A program made the translations under genes and the position numbers. A DNA stretch of 64,000 bases from Camelus dromedarius. Lineage: Eukaryota. A model generated the notes under the pieces. The model worked only from the letters and a program-made list of their open reading frames with translations. It was not told the origin of the DNA and did no database searches. This document shows positions 25,617 to 36,244 of this stretch, piece by piece; position 1 is the first letter of the stretch; each line of letters begins with the position of its first letter. The stretch spans positions 8,804,001 through 8,868,000 of the forward strand of contig NC_087437.1 in assembly GCF_036321535.1 (NCBI RefSeq), in the 5' to 3' direction.

Positions 25617-25900
25617 ATATATATATATATATATCGTGTAGTACAAATGCTCATTTGTAAGAGAGGGCTCCAGAATTCTGGCTGGTGCCCCTCTGTAGCT
25701 ATTGGCTCCAAATTTATCTACTGACTTCAGACATTCAGAAGGCTGAGAAACTCCTCAGCTTGAAAAGCAGCATGGAAAAGAAATAACAACATAGAGCTTT
25801 GAAAAAACAAACTTGGATTTGAATTATAAACTCGTCAATCACTAACCATGTTACATGTTACACAGGCAATCATTATTTTTCCTCCCGTGTTGAGGGGCAT

Positions 25901-26283
25901 TATATTATTCTTGATAGGCCAGGTTATACTGCTGTAACAAACAACCCCCAGACCTCAATGGCTTTACACAAAAATGTTTATTGCTTGCTGACAACACCTG
26001 TCCCACCTGGGTTGATGGGGCTGTGCTTGCTAAAGTCACCTGAGGACCCCGGCTTGTGAAGAGGTGCTTCTGTGACACCAGTGGGAAAAGGAAAAGTTCA
26101 TGCGTATTGTGCACTGGCTGTCACAGCTTCCACTCAGAAATGACACATGGCAGTCACATTACATTGGTTAAACAAGTCACATTGCCGTGACAAACTTCCA
26201 AGAGGGTGGGAGGGTGCAGTCCCACCCTGTGCCCAGAAGGAGAGGAAAACTTGAATATTTTTGAGCAACATCAGTGACCACCA
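25901..26283 (-). mobile_element. MaLR solo LTR (MLT1J-like) splitting a MIR
   Basis: aggttatactgctgtaacaaacaaccccca...cattggttaaacaagtcacat; MIR halves at about 25770-25900 and 26285-26375. Confidence 0.7.
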
Positions 26284-26560
26284 GGAAAAATATTGCCTTC
26301 TCCGTAGGGTTACTGTTTAAGCATGTGCGTAAAGCATCTTGCCAATAGTATAGCGTCAATAAATGGCAGTTATCAGAAATAGGTTTGATTAGATAAAATA
26401 TTTATAATTATATTTCAATGTAAGTGTGGTAGATTAAACAATCATGCTTAACTGCAAACGTTCCCCAAGTTTAACAACAATTATAATTATGGTTAAATTT
26501 AATTACAATTAACTAAAATATTTTAAAAGCTGTAAACCAACAATGAAAAGAAAAATGGGA

Positions 26561-26908
26561 GAGGGCTTCAAGGTGGCTGGATAGAAGGATGCGGAGCTCA
26601 CCCTCTCCCATAAACACATCAAAGATACGTCTACGTGTGAAGCAGCTCTCACAGAATACCTACTGAACTTTGGCAGACGATCTGGTGCAGTTGGAACTTT
26701 GTGGAAAATCTTCATGAAATTGGATAAGCAAAAAGTTCCTACTGTATCTCACAGGGAGCTGTATTCAATTCCTTGTAATAGCCTATAATCAAAAAGATTA
26801 TGAAAAGGAATATGTGTGCATATATTTGTATGTAAAACTGAATCACTAGGCTCTGTATCAGAAATTAACACAACATTGTAAACGAACTATATTTCAATTA
26901 AAACAAAA
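26561..26908 (+). mobile_element. Bipartite mini-L1: L1 5' end fused to L1 3' end
   Basis: Perfect 16-bp TSD gaaaagaaaaatggga (26545-26560, 26909-26924); first half resembles the Laurasiatherian L1 5' terminus; second half is homologous to L1 3'UTRs in this window. Confidence 0.8.
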
Positions 26909-27009
26909 GAAAAGAAAAATGGGACGTAAAAGATAGAAGAAGAAGAAGGTGCCAAGGATTTCTGAAAGATCCCTCAAGGTGTACATCAAAGAGAATGATG
27001 AGGTCCTTT

Positions 27010-27610
27010 CCCTCCCTGCTCAGCCTCCCACGTACGCTCACAGTGAAACCTGGCTCTGGGCCAACAAGGGACGCGTTCTAGGTGCTGCCCACGTGGCAGC
27101 AACAATTAGATGAGTGTCCATAAAGGGCCACAGCACTAAGATGCCCAAAGGAGCGATGCATCGGAGAGAAGAGCAGGGTAGTGTAAGGCAGAGAGGCTTT
27201 ACGAGGCAGAGTCTTGGCTGGGGAATGAGTATGTTTCCCAGGGTCACTTTTAAAACGCACTGTAAAAGTAAATAACTTAAAAAGAACAGGAAATATAAAC
27301 TATCAAAAATCAGCATCGCCAGAAAGTCAACTATATATCCGCAGATGAGGAAATGCGCCCGGGCGGAACACAAACGTCCGGCGAGCAGGCAGCCCTGGAG
27401 CAGGGAACAGAAGTGAGGACACGCAGTATATTGAGTCATATAAGATAATGACTAACACGAGATTTAAGGAGGCCATAGAAAAATCCTTAAAGCTGTGAGT
27501 CCAGTAAATGGCTGTCGTTAAAAATGGAAGAGGGAACACAAGCAAATCCTGGAACAGGATATGTCAACTCAAAAGAAAGAAAACACAAAACGTATCAAAC
27601 CACGCATTAT
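27010..27610. promoter_or_regulatory. Small CpG-retaining candidate regulatory block
   Basis: About 20 CpGs in 600 bp by eye; GGGCGG (27361), GAGGAA/CGGAA and TGAGTCA (27432). Confidence 0.35.
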
Positions 27611-28315
27611 TCTCCTGGGCATTTTATTTTATTTTTGCTGCACTGGCCTTGCCTAAAGTACTTGTGATGTTTAAAGATGAGAAGTGCTGAAAAAGACTTG
27701 ATGGACTGTAAAAAAGTGACTCAGGGCTGTGTTAGTAATACACGTATTTGAGAAAACAATTCTGAAGTCTCTGACCTCATTCAGTTATCTATATTTTATG
27801 CAGATATTATGAGCTAACTCCAAGCTCCAATCTAAGCTAAAATCTAAACTTAGTGGGACATAAAGAGAACAATCATCTTTAGTGTCAGACATACTTGTTT
27901 GGTGTGAAGTCTCCTTTTTCTAGGAAATAAATCAAATCATGAAGAATCCCTTCTGGAATCATTCAGTGATTCAAGGCGCTGCCGTTTTCCGCAGGAATAA
28001 ATCCGGAACCCAGTCCTTGAACTCAAGGCTGACTCTGACCTAGAGTCCCAATTACAGTCTGTGTGGAAGAGTTCATGTCCTTTTTATATACATTTTGAAT
28101 TCAAGTATACCCCAAAAAAGTGAAAGTCGCTTTTAGAACAATCACATTTTAAAAATCATAATGAGTAAATAATCAAAGAATCTACCTCAAGCCCTTTTCT
28201 ATACAACCCATTTCTTAGGAAGATACAGATCTGTATAAACAAGCTCACACACCTCTTTCATGGTTCACCAAGATGGAATTATTGTATGTATTATAACATT
28301 ATATATTATTATATC

Positions 28316-28576
28316 ACTGCTGTTCCTCAGGATCTGCAGGGGATTGGTTCCAAGACCATCATGGGTACCAAGCCCTCAGATGCTTAAGTCCCACAGTAGG
28401 CCCCCTGTATTCATAGATTCCACACTGGCAGATTCAACCAACAGTGGACTATAAACGCAGTACCAATAATAACACAAAACCCATGGATATGGGGGGCCCA
28501 CAGTGCATTTATTGAAAAAAACCCACGTATAACTGAAACTATGCACTTTAAACCTGTGTTCTTCAAGGATCAACTA
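28316..28576 (+). mobile_element. TcMar-Tigger MITE (MER8/MER2-like)
   Basis: ggggattggttccaagacc...gatgcttaagtccc...aaacctgtgttcttcaaggatcaact followed by TA. Confidence 0.75.
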
Positions 28577-28720
28577 TATATATAATATATATCACAGTAT
28601 TATAATATTATGCATTATATATTATTTATAATAAGTAACATTAAATTATATTATTATATAATTATATAATATATATATTTATTATATATATAATTATATA
28701 ATATAATTTAAATATAAATT
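28577..28720. repeat. AT-rich low-complexity (TA/TAT/TAA) tract
   Basis: Almost pure A/T sequence. Confidence 0.9.
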
Positions 28721-29473
28721 TTTTTTAGTATTTTCTAAAGGGAGAAGACAAAGGTAGGGAAAAGCAGAAATAATAGAAAAGAAAAAAGACAAACACTTGT
28801 TAAATACAATGTGGTTTTATTTTTTGCTTCACTATGTCATGTAACTTATTCAGTTGACTTTTACTCTATAACTGGCTTTTTAGGCTACTCCTGAATTTTG
28901 AAGTTAAGCTGGTTTGTGTAAAGAAAAAGCTCTAATCACGTCTAAGGAGTCAGTTAGCTGTTAACCTTAAAAAGTGACTTTGACTTTCTGGGCCTTAGTT
29001 TCCTCATCTCTAAACTGACAACTTCTCAGCTGTGTTCCTGGGAGTCTCCGCTGCACCATGAGGGCCTGGTGGGGGGGGGGGGGTCCCGTCCACAGTGGTG
29101 TCCACTAGAGTGGCTATGTGTCTTCCTGTTTTTACCTATTGTGCTTCTCCATGGGAATTGGAGGAAGGTTCCTACCACGAAAATTGTTGAAAGCTTAATC
29201 TCTAGGTGATCTCCAAGTTTTTTTGTTTGTTTTTTTTGTTTGTTTTTTTTGTTTGTTTTTTTTTTACCCTTTCCCAACATCCTGTGAGTCTATGAAAGCT
29301 ACCATCTCTTTGGTTCTTATCAAAGAGCCTTTGTGTGAGCCAAGTCACTGATTTTGAAATCCATCTAGATGTCAGAAATCACCTTTGGAGGTTTTTTGTG
29401 TTTAATCGAGGTCCTGTCTTTCCTTTTGAATTACCAAATCAGAATTGGAGGGGAGGAAAAATAATTTTCCTTC

Positions 29474-29990
29474 TGTTGAAGGAAAATTCTAGGCTGAAGG
29501 TTGAGCCACTCCTGCCTGAAGTGGTAGGTCAGCAAACCAAAACTTAGATAACTGCCGTGTCCCTGTGAAATGCTCTGTGTGGCCAGAAGTAGCCAGTCGG
29601 CCACTCCCCAACGGCCAAGCCAAGCAATTACCTCCTGGCTCCTTCTCAGCCCAAGCGCAGTCACGTGTGCGGCCCAGACAGCCAGATGCTTTCTGTCTGT
29701 CTCTCTCTTGTTCTTTATTCTTTATCCTGTACAAGCTTCTTGCCTTCCAGCCCATTTTGCAGTTCTCTGAAAGGAGATAGTCCTCGAAATGTTTGTTAAC
29801 AGCACCAAAATTGTCTTCTTTAATCGTTTTTTTTAACAGTTTTGGCTCTGAGGAATGGGACCTGAAGCCGCCTTCCAATGGCCTGAGGGACGACTTAGAC
29901 GCACAGGTGAGGCCCCCACCCACCTTCCGAGGGTGCATTTCATTGTTTCTCTCCTTCTTACCGAGGGCCGTGGGTAAGCCACTCTTGGAT
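29474..29990 (+). mobile_element. ERV1-like 5' LTR (29474-29838) with PBS/leader stub
   Basis: tgttgaa...tttaaca termini followed at once by ttttggctctgaggaatgggacctgaag (PBS-like) and the donor-like sites cag/gtgagg and gg/gtaagc. Confidence 0.5.
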
Positions 29991-30049
29991 TTGGAATGAA
30001 TGTAAATAATGTGTTTTTTGTTTGTTTTTGCTTTTTACACCTATATTGA

Positions 30050-30552
30050 GTGTTCCTCGTAAGCTGGCAAACTTGTAAAGGAGATTCTCGGGCAGTTCAG
30101 AACAGAAACTGGCTTAAGATAGATTGCCAGGAGAAAACACGCACATTTTTGTTAAGTTTTATGTGACATGGGAACCCTCACGAGGAGCAAAGACCCAAAG
30201 AAGTAGGAAATACCTGCGTGCTTTTATAGCAAGCTGAACAAACAGAAGCAGTTGTGGAAAAGTAAATAACCATGTGAAAAGGCTAAAGAATAATAATTAT
30301 TTTCATAAGGTCTGTTTGTGGAGAATTCTGTTCAACTCACTCTTGATGATAAAAATGTCGCTTTCCTTCAGGTACAGAGAGGACATCATTCACAGGGGAA
30401 TTTCATCTCCTGCTTTTAAGAAAAAAGAAAGGAGTCTGGGGTGTTTTGTTTGTTTTGTTTTTGCATTTGCTGGTTTTTTTAAGTGCCTCTAACTCAAAAC
30501 AGTCCTTATGCTAAAGTGACATATTCGAGATGGCATATTGTCACTCTTCGCT
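30050..30552 (-). mobile_element. ERV1 solo LTR (MER34-group-like)
   Basis: Reverse complement begins ...aatatgccatctcgaatatgtcactttagcataaggactgttttgagttagaggcactt, as in the MER34-group LTR head. Confidence 0.65.
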
Positions 30553-30755
30553 ACGTGCCCGTGTTATAATTGTTTCCCAATGTATTATTTTACAGTCATA
30601 ACAGGCCTGAGGGCTAGATCATTACCATACCCATGCTACAGATGAGGAAATAAAAGCACAGGGTTCACAGAGGTTTAGCAGAAGGTTAGCCAAGCTGGGG
30701 AAGGTCAGAGCTGGATTTCAAACCTGAACGCTGACTTGACAACATACCACCTCTA
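30553..30755 (-). mobile_element. MIR SINE (interrupted by the LTR)
   Basis: tacagatgaggaaataaaagcacag...cagagctggatttcaaacc. Confidence 0.6.
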
Positions 30756-31499
30756 ATGTAATTTGCCTCACTTCGAAGCTATTTGGAAAGTACCCACCAC
30801 TGGCAGTGCTGGCATCATCTGGCCAAGTACTCCTTCCAGAGAAGCATAGAAGAAAAGAAGTAAAATTAGTAGGGGTCGATTCATAAGAGGGTGTGTTACG
30901 TAAGGCTTCTGCACAGGCCACTGAATAGGAAATATCTTGGGCTCAGAGACAGGATCGGGGGCTGGAGTCATAAGGGAAAAAGATTTGCTGCAACCTCTCT
31001 CCCTACTTACCATTTCCAGGAGCTTGGAAACACGCTACGGTGGGAGAATGATTTTTGCAGTGAGAAAGCTGACCTCAGTCCAGGGTTCTGCTTAGGGGCA
31101 GAATTTAGAGAAATTTCTTCTATTCATATTATCATAGTAAATGGGAAATTTAAAATGGATCTAGTTCTATAATTTGCCAAAACCATCTGGAGTTGAAATT
31201 AGACAGCGGTGTAAAGATTTGCAAAGCCACACTGTATAAACCTTTCCCCTACAAGATCCAAGCAGGACATATGTATTTATAAAATGGAAATAAAATTAGG
31301 AGTATATGAGAACCAGTTACCTGGGCTTGTTTTATTGATCTTACTTAGGGCTCCTGAGTCAGAAATTATACAATTAAATGTTCTTGGAGGGCAGTTTCAT
31401 AGGTTAAAAGTGTGCTTGTCCTGGACTGCCTGTAACTTCTTTCCTGTGTATTAAGATTCATCAAAACATTTTAAGAAAAAACAAACCAAGGCTGTATCT

Positions 31500-32950
31500 A
31501 AAGCTTGATTCTAATTGGCACAGTTGCATCCGTCAAGCCTTGAGATCAGAGAAGCCGACCTTCAATCCGATGACTAGGAAGTCCCACCCGTCCAGTGTTG
31601 GTGACTTTATTGATTTCTAGCTCTGGATTTGAGAAGAGCTCTTTTAAAGTGTATCTCTCTTTCCCTTGAGGAGAGTCGGTATTAAAGATTTTTCTCACTT
31701 TGATAGACATGATCAGATGGGTGTCTATAGCCTCCATCCTCTGAAAGAGTGTCTGATTGGCTTTTTTCAATTAATCAGTTGTTAGGAACGTCCCTCCACG
31801 TCGTGAACATGTCATGCAAACTGCTCTTCACTTCCTCCCGCCCCTTCGGTCACGCTCTTTTCTTGGTTTTATCTCTGTGATGGTATCTGAGTGGCTGAGA
31901 ATGTACAACGTCCATCAAACAAATGCTGAATGCCCAGCAGTCCGTCTAGTGCTTGAGTACAGAACACGTTATGACATTGACCCTCCTCCTCCAACTCTAT
32001 GGAAGGAAATGGGCTTTGGGCTCCTTTCAAAGTCAGTCTGGGCAGGATTTATGATTCAGCTATTTTGACTCAAATCAGGCTGAAAATTCCTGGCATTCAC
32101 ACAATTTTAACTCGATTAAACTCTGGCCTAAATCTGTCAGGCTGTTCTTCTGGCACAATACATTAGCAAAAGCAGGAGAGGAAATAAAAGAACCTGGGAT
32201 TTTTCTTAAGCTTGTTGATTGGCGGGATGTAGAGTGTGTGTGTGTTTTTCCATGTGTATGTTTTTCTTTCCTAATGAGTCTATATAAATCTGATTGATGT
32301 GCCTATAAAGTTCCATGAGCATGGTCTTTATGATAACTGTTTATTTTGAATTATTTGATTCAGTGAATGTCAACTGATGCACAAAATGAGTTACGGTATG
32401 AAAAATAATGATGTTGACTAGACATCTCGGTTAACTGCATTATTCAATTCACGTCAAAACTGAACCCAAAATGTGGAACCACTTTATTCCATCTAAATGG
32501 GGCGGGGAGAAAAAAACAGCACTGTGTTTTAAAGATGAGCGTGGAAGACAGAGCCTTTGTTGCTATGATTACGTTTGTGATTTTAATTACTGAGATACTC
32601 ACATTTGAAGTCAAAGCAGAGAAGCCGTCAATGCTCATGGCGCTTTTTGTACAATGGCAATTGCACTGACGATCCATTTTAAGAATAACCGTAATGACTC
32701 CACTGAGTGCGCATTCTGTGAAGGACCACCAGGGTCAACATGATGCCTGTGAAAACATCTGATATAACATACTTCGATTATGTCATTTTCACTGATGTTA
32801 TGGAAGGGAACGTGGAACCTGAACCCTGAAATAATGGAGGAAAAATGGTGCCTTTTTAATGCCACTATTATCACATCTGAGAGGCACTCCCTTGGGAAGC
32901 CATGCAGCAGAAACTCCCATTTGAATTTTTTAAGGGTGTTTTTCTTTGGG
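31500..32950. promoter_or_regulatory. Repeat-poor CpG-retaining block, candidate conserved non-coding element
   Basis: Largely no recognisable TE; ATTGG (31756), CACTTCCT (31829), CCCGCCCC (31837) and many CpGs. Confidence 0.4.
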
Positions 32951-33057
32951 AAATTGAAAACAAACAAAAAATTGATTTAAACAAAACATATGCCAAAACT
33001 CTGGGAAATGTTGAGTTATAAAGGCTGATTAGTGAGCCATGTCTCTATTGTTTCTTT

Positions 33058-33635
33058 AAAAAAATTTTTTTATTGAAGTGTAGTTGATTTACAATATTAG
33101 TTTCAGGTGTAGAGAAAAGTGATTCAGTTATACATATACATACACATATATATTTTCTTTTCAGACTCTTTCCCATTATGTTATTATAAGAAATTGAGTA
33201 TAGTTCTCTGTGCTATACAGTAGGTCCTTGTTTATGTATTTTACATACAGTAGTGTGTCCCAAACTCCTAATTTATCCCTCTTCTGCCTTTTGCCTTGGT
33301 AACCATAAGTTCGTTTTGTATGTCTGTGAGTCTCTTTCTGTTTTGTAAATGAGTTCTTTGTGTCATTTTTTTTTGGATTCCACAGGTAAGTGATATCATG
33401 TGATATATGTCTTTCTCTGTGTGATTTACTTCACTTAGAATGAAGATCTCTAGGTCCATACATGTTGCTGCAAATGGTATTATTTCATTCTTTTTATGGC
33501 CGTGTAGTATTCCATTGTGATCATATTCACACACATACACACTACATCTTTATCCAATCATCTGTCATTGGACATTTATGTTGCTTCCATGTCTTGGCTA
33601 TTGTAATACTTCTATGAACATTGGGGTGCATGTAT
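33058..33635 (-). mobile_element. Lineage L1 3' end
   Basis: tttttattgaagtgtagttgatttacaat...; ORF 33268..33540 shows the L1 C-terminal peptide KNEIIPFAATCMDLE. Confidence 0.9.
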
Positions 33636-33838
33636 GATGACTTCTTGGTAGCTTGAACTCAGCTATGGTGGTACAGTATTTGTTAATTGTTGTGGTGGTA
33701 ATATTTATACTACAGCTATCAGATGCTGGCAAATGCTACAAATGAAGGCTTGATTCATTGCCTTGTTGATGATGTACACGTAATAAAGTGATGGAAACTG
33801 TTAAAAAAATTCAGATTAATCTGAAAAGTATGCAGTGT

Positions 33839-34845
33839 TAATTAAAAATGGGCCAACTCCTTTACAGACACCTCACTGAGGAAGATACATGGATGGCAAA
33901 TAAGGATATGAAAAGATGCTCCACATCATATGTCATCAAGGAAATGCAAATTAAAACAACAATTAAATACTACTCCATACATATTAGAATAACCAAAATC
34001 CAAAACACTGACAGCTTCAAATGTTGGCGAGGTTTAGGAACAACAGGAACTTTCATACGTTGCTGGTGGGAATGCAGAATGATACCGTCATTTTGGAAGA
34101 CAGTTTGGTGGTTTCTTACAAAACTAAACATAGTACCATATGATCCAGCAATCATGCACCTTGGTATTTATTCAAAGGGTCTGAAAACTTATGTTCACAC
34201 CAAATCCTATACACAGATGTTTATAGCAGCTTTATTCATAATTGCCAAAACCCGGAAACAACCAAGATGTCCTTCAGTAGATGAATGGATGAATAAACTG
34301 TGGTACAGCCAAGCAATGACATATTATTCAAAGCCAAAAAGAAATGAGCTACCAGGGTGTGAAAAGACATGAAGGAACTTTAAACACATATTACTAAGTG
34401 AAATAAGCCAGTCTGAAAAGGCTACATACTGTATGATTCCAACTCTACGACACTCTGGAAAAGGGAAACTATGGACACAGTAAAAAATTAATGGTTGCCA
34501 GAGTTTGGAGGGGAAAAGGATAAATAGGCAGAACACAGAGGATTTTTAGGGCAGTGCAAATTTGCTGTATCATATCATAATGACAGATATATGTCATTAT
34601 CCAGTTGTCCAAACCCATAGGGTACATAACACTGAGGGTGAACTCTAATGTAGACTATGGAATTTGGCTGATTATGATGTTGCAATGTAGTTTCATCAGC
34701 AGTAATGAAGGTACCACCCGGTGGGGGATGTTATGATGGGGAGGCAGTGCATGTGTGGAACAAGGACATGAGACATGTCCGTATCTTCCTCTCAATGTTT
34801 CTGTGAACATAAAACTGCTCTAAAAATGAAGTCTTTGATAAAAAA
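33839..34845 (+). mobile_element. L1MC1-like 5'-truncated L1
   Basis: Characteristic 3'UTR (cagaggatttttagggcagtg...aaacccatag...taaaactgctctaaaaa); TSD aaaagtatgcagtgt (33824-33838) / aaaagtgtgcagtgt (34846-34860). Confidence 0.88.
33848..34372 (+). pseudogene. L1 ORF2p C-terminal remnant, 174 codons open
   Basis: EMQIKTT, KCWRG, CWWEC, PYDPAI, MFIAALF and QPRCPS match the L1 ORF2p C-terminus. Confidence 0.9.
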
Positions 34846-35720
34846 AAAAGTGTGCAGTGTCTGTAGATAGTAAATTGCTATAAATTGTAATAATTTACAA
34901 ACTATCATAAATTGGGAGAGTATTTTTCCAGGATCTCAAACCATTATACTATTCAGTACAGAAATCACTCAGTCAATGAAAAATTAGTGAACATACTAGT
35001 TTCCAACATACATCTTTATTGTTTCACTTTTATCCTCCTAATAAACATAAACAAAAATGTCAATCAACATTCACGTAGGAATTGCTCTTGTTCATCAGTT
35101 GCAGCCATCATGTGTTTATGGTTACAAACATTTTGCCAAAATCAATGAAAACCTTTAGTGAGAATCATTTGGCCACAGGAGTCTATAATAAAGATGATTT
35201 TATGTTTTATTATTTGCAAGTAGTGTGTTACATATCTTTTTTATCAGTGAACTTCTAATAAACATATATGAATATGTGTGTACATGCACACACATATTTT
35301 TTCAGAGAACATGGCAAGCTAAACATACCACTGCACACCTGAAGGCTATAATTCCAAACAATCTAGCCTAAATGATCTCCCATTTACTCATTTTTGGCCT
35401 CAAATTACATCATTAAAGATTATCTCATTAGCCTAAAATGTTGATCCCTTTCAAAAGGCAAGTATTTCCCAAAAGAGTACTGAAGGAAACTCAATTATGT
35501 ATAATTTAAATTGGAATTCATATAACAGATAAGGGTTCATTTTGGTGCCTTGACAAGTTTTTTTTTTTTGATTGAGATTTTATGATTTTGAATTATAGAA
35601 AGATAAAATGAAGCAAAACCTAGAGGAGGAAACTAAGGCTCAGGGAGACTGATAGTCAAGGAATCCCAGAACTATTTAAATAATAAATATTAAGAGGTCA
35701 TTTATTAAATCCTCACTGTA

Positions 35721-36058
35721 TGCTATGGTCTAAGTCTTTGTGTGCCCCAAAATTCATATGTTGAAATCCTAACCCCCAAAGGTAATGGTGTTAGTAAATG
35801 GGGCTTTTGGAAGGGGACTGGGTCATGAGGGCAGAGCCTCATGAATGGGATCAGTGCTCTTATAAAAGAGACCACACAGAGTTCCCCTGCCTCTTCCACA
35901 CCCGAGGACACAGCGAGCAGTCTGTGACCTGGAAGAGGGCCCTCCTGCTCTCTGATCTCAGGCTTCTAGTTTCTAGAACTGTGGGCAATACATTTCTGCT
36001 GCTTATAGGCCTCCTAGTCTACGGCACTTTGTTACAATAGCCTGAATAAACTAAGACA
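35721..36058 (+). mobile_element. MLT1A0-like MaLR solo LTR inside a MIR
   Basis: tgctatggtct...aaattcatatgttgaaatcctaacccc...ctaagaca; TG...CA termini. Confidence 0.85.
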
Positions 36059-36244
36059 TGATACATCATTCAATATACTAAGGACTTAACGTGGATTATT
36101 TTATTTACTCCTCACAGTGGTCCTCTGTTGGTACTCCATTTTGTCCATTTTACAGATAAGGAAACTGAGACACAAAGACTTTAGTATGAACTGCGTCTCC
36201 AAGTCCCCAGAACTGGATCATAGAACAAGGATATGGCCCCAACT

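Larger units (their letters stand above)
33636..35333 (-). mobile_element. MER63-like hAT-Blackjack element, split by L1MC1
   Basis: ttggtagcttgaactcagctatggtgg...ggcaaatgctacaaatgaaggct and terminal cataccactg. Confidence 0.6.

Noticed and set aside
27038..27439. 133-aa hydrophobic minus-strand ORF
   Set aside because: The hydrophobic stretch reflects an A-rich opposite strand; no recognisable homology.
29489..29938. 149-aa minus-strand ORF
   Set aside because: Antisense to an LTR/leader-like segment, with no recognisable domain.
32715..32745. Minus-strand VDPGGP resembling GDSGGP
   Set aside because: The catalytic Ser is absent and flanking residues are not protease-like; probably chance.
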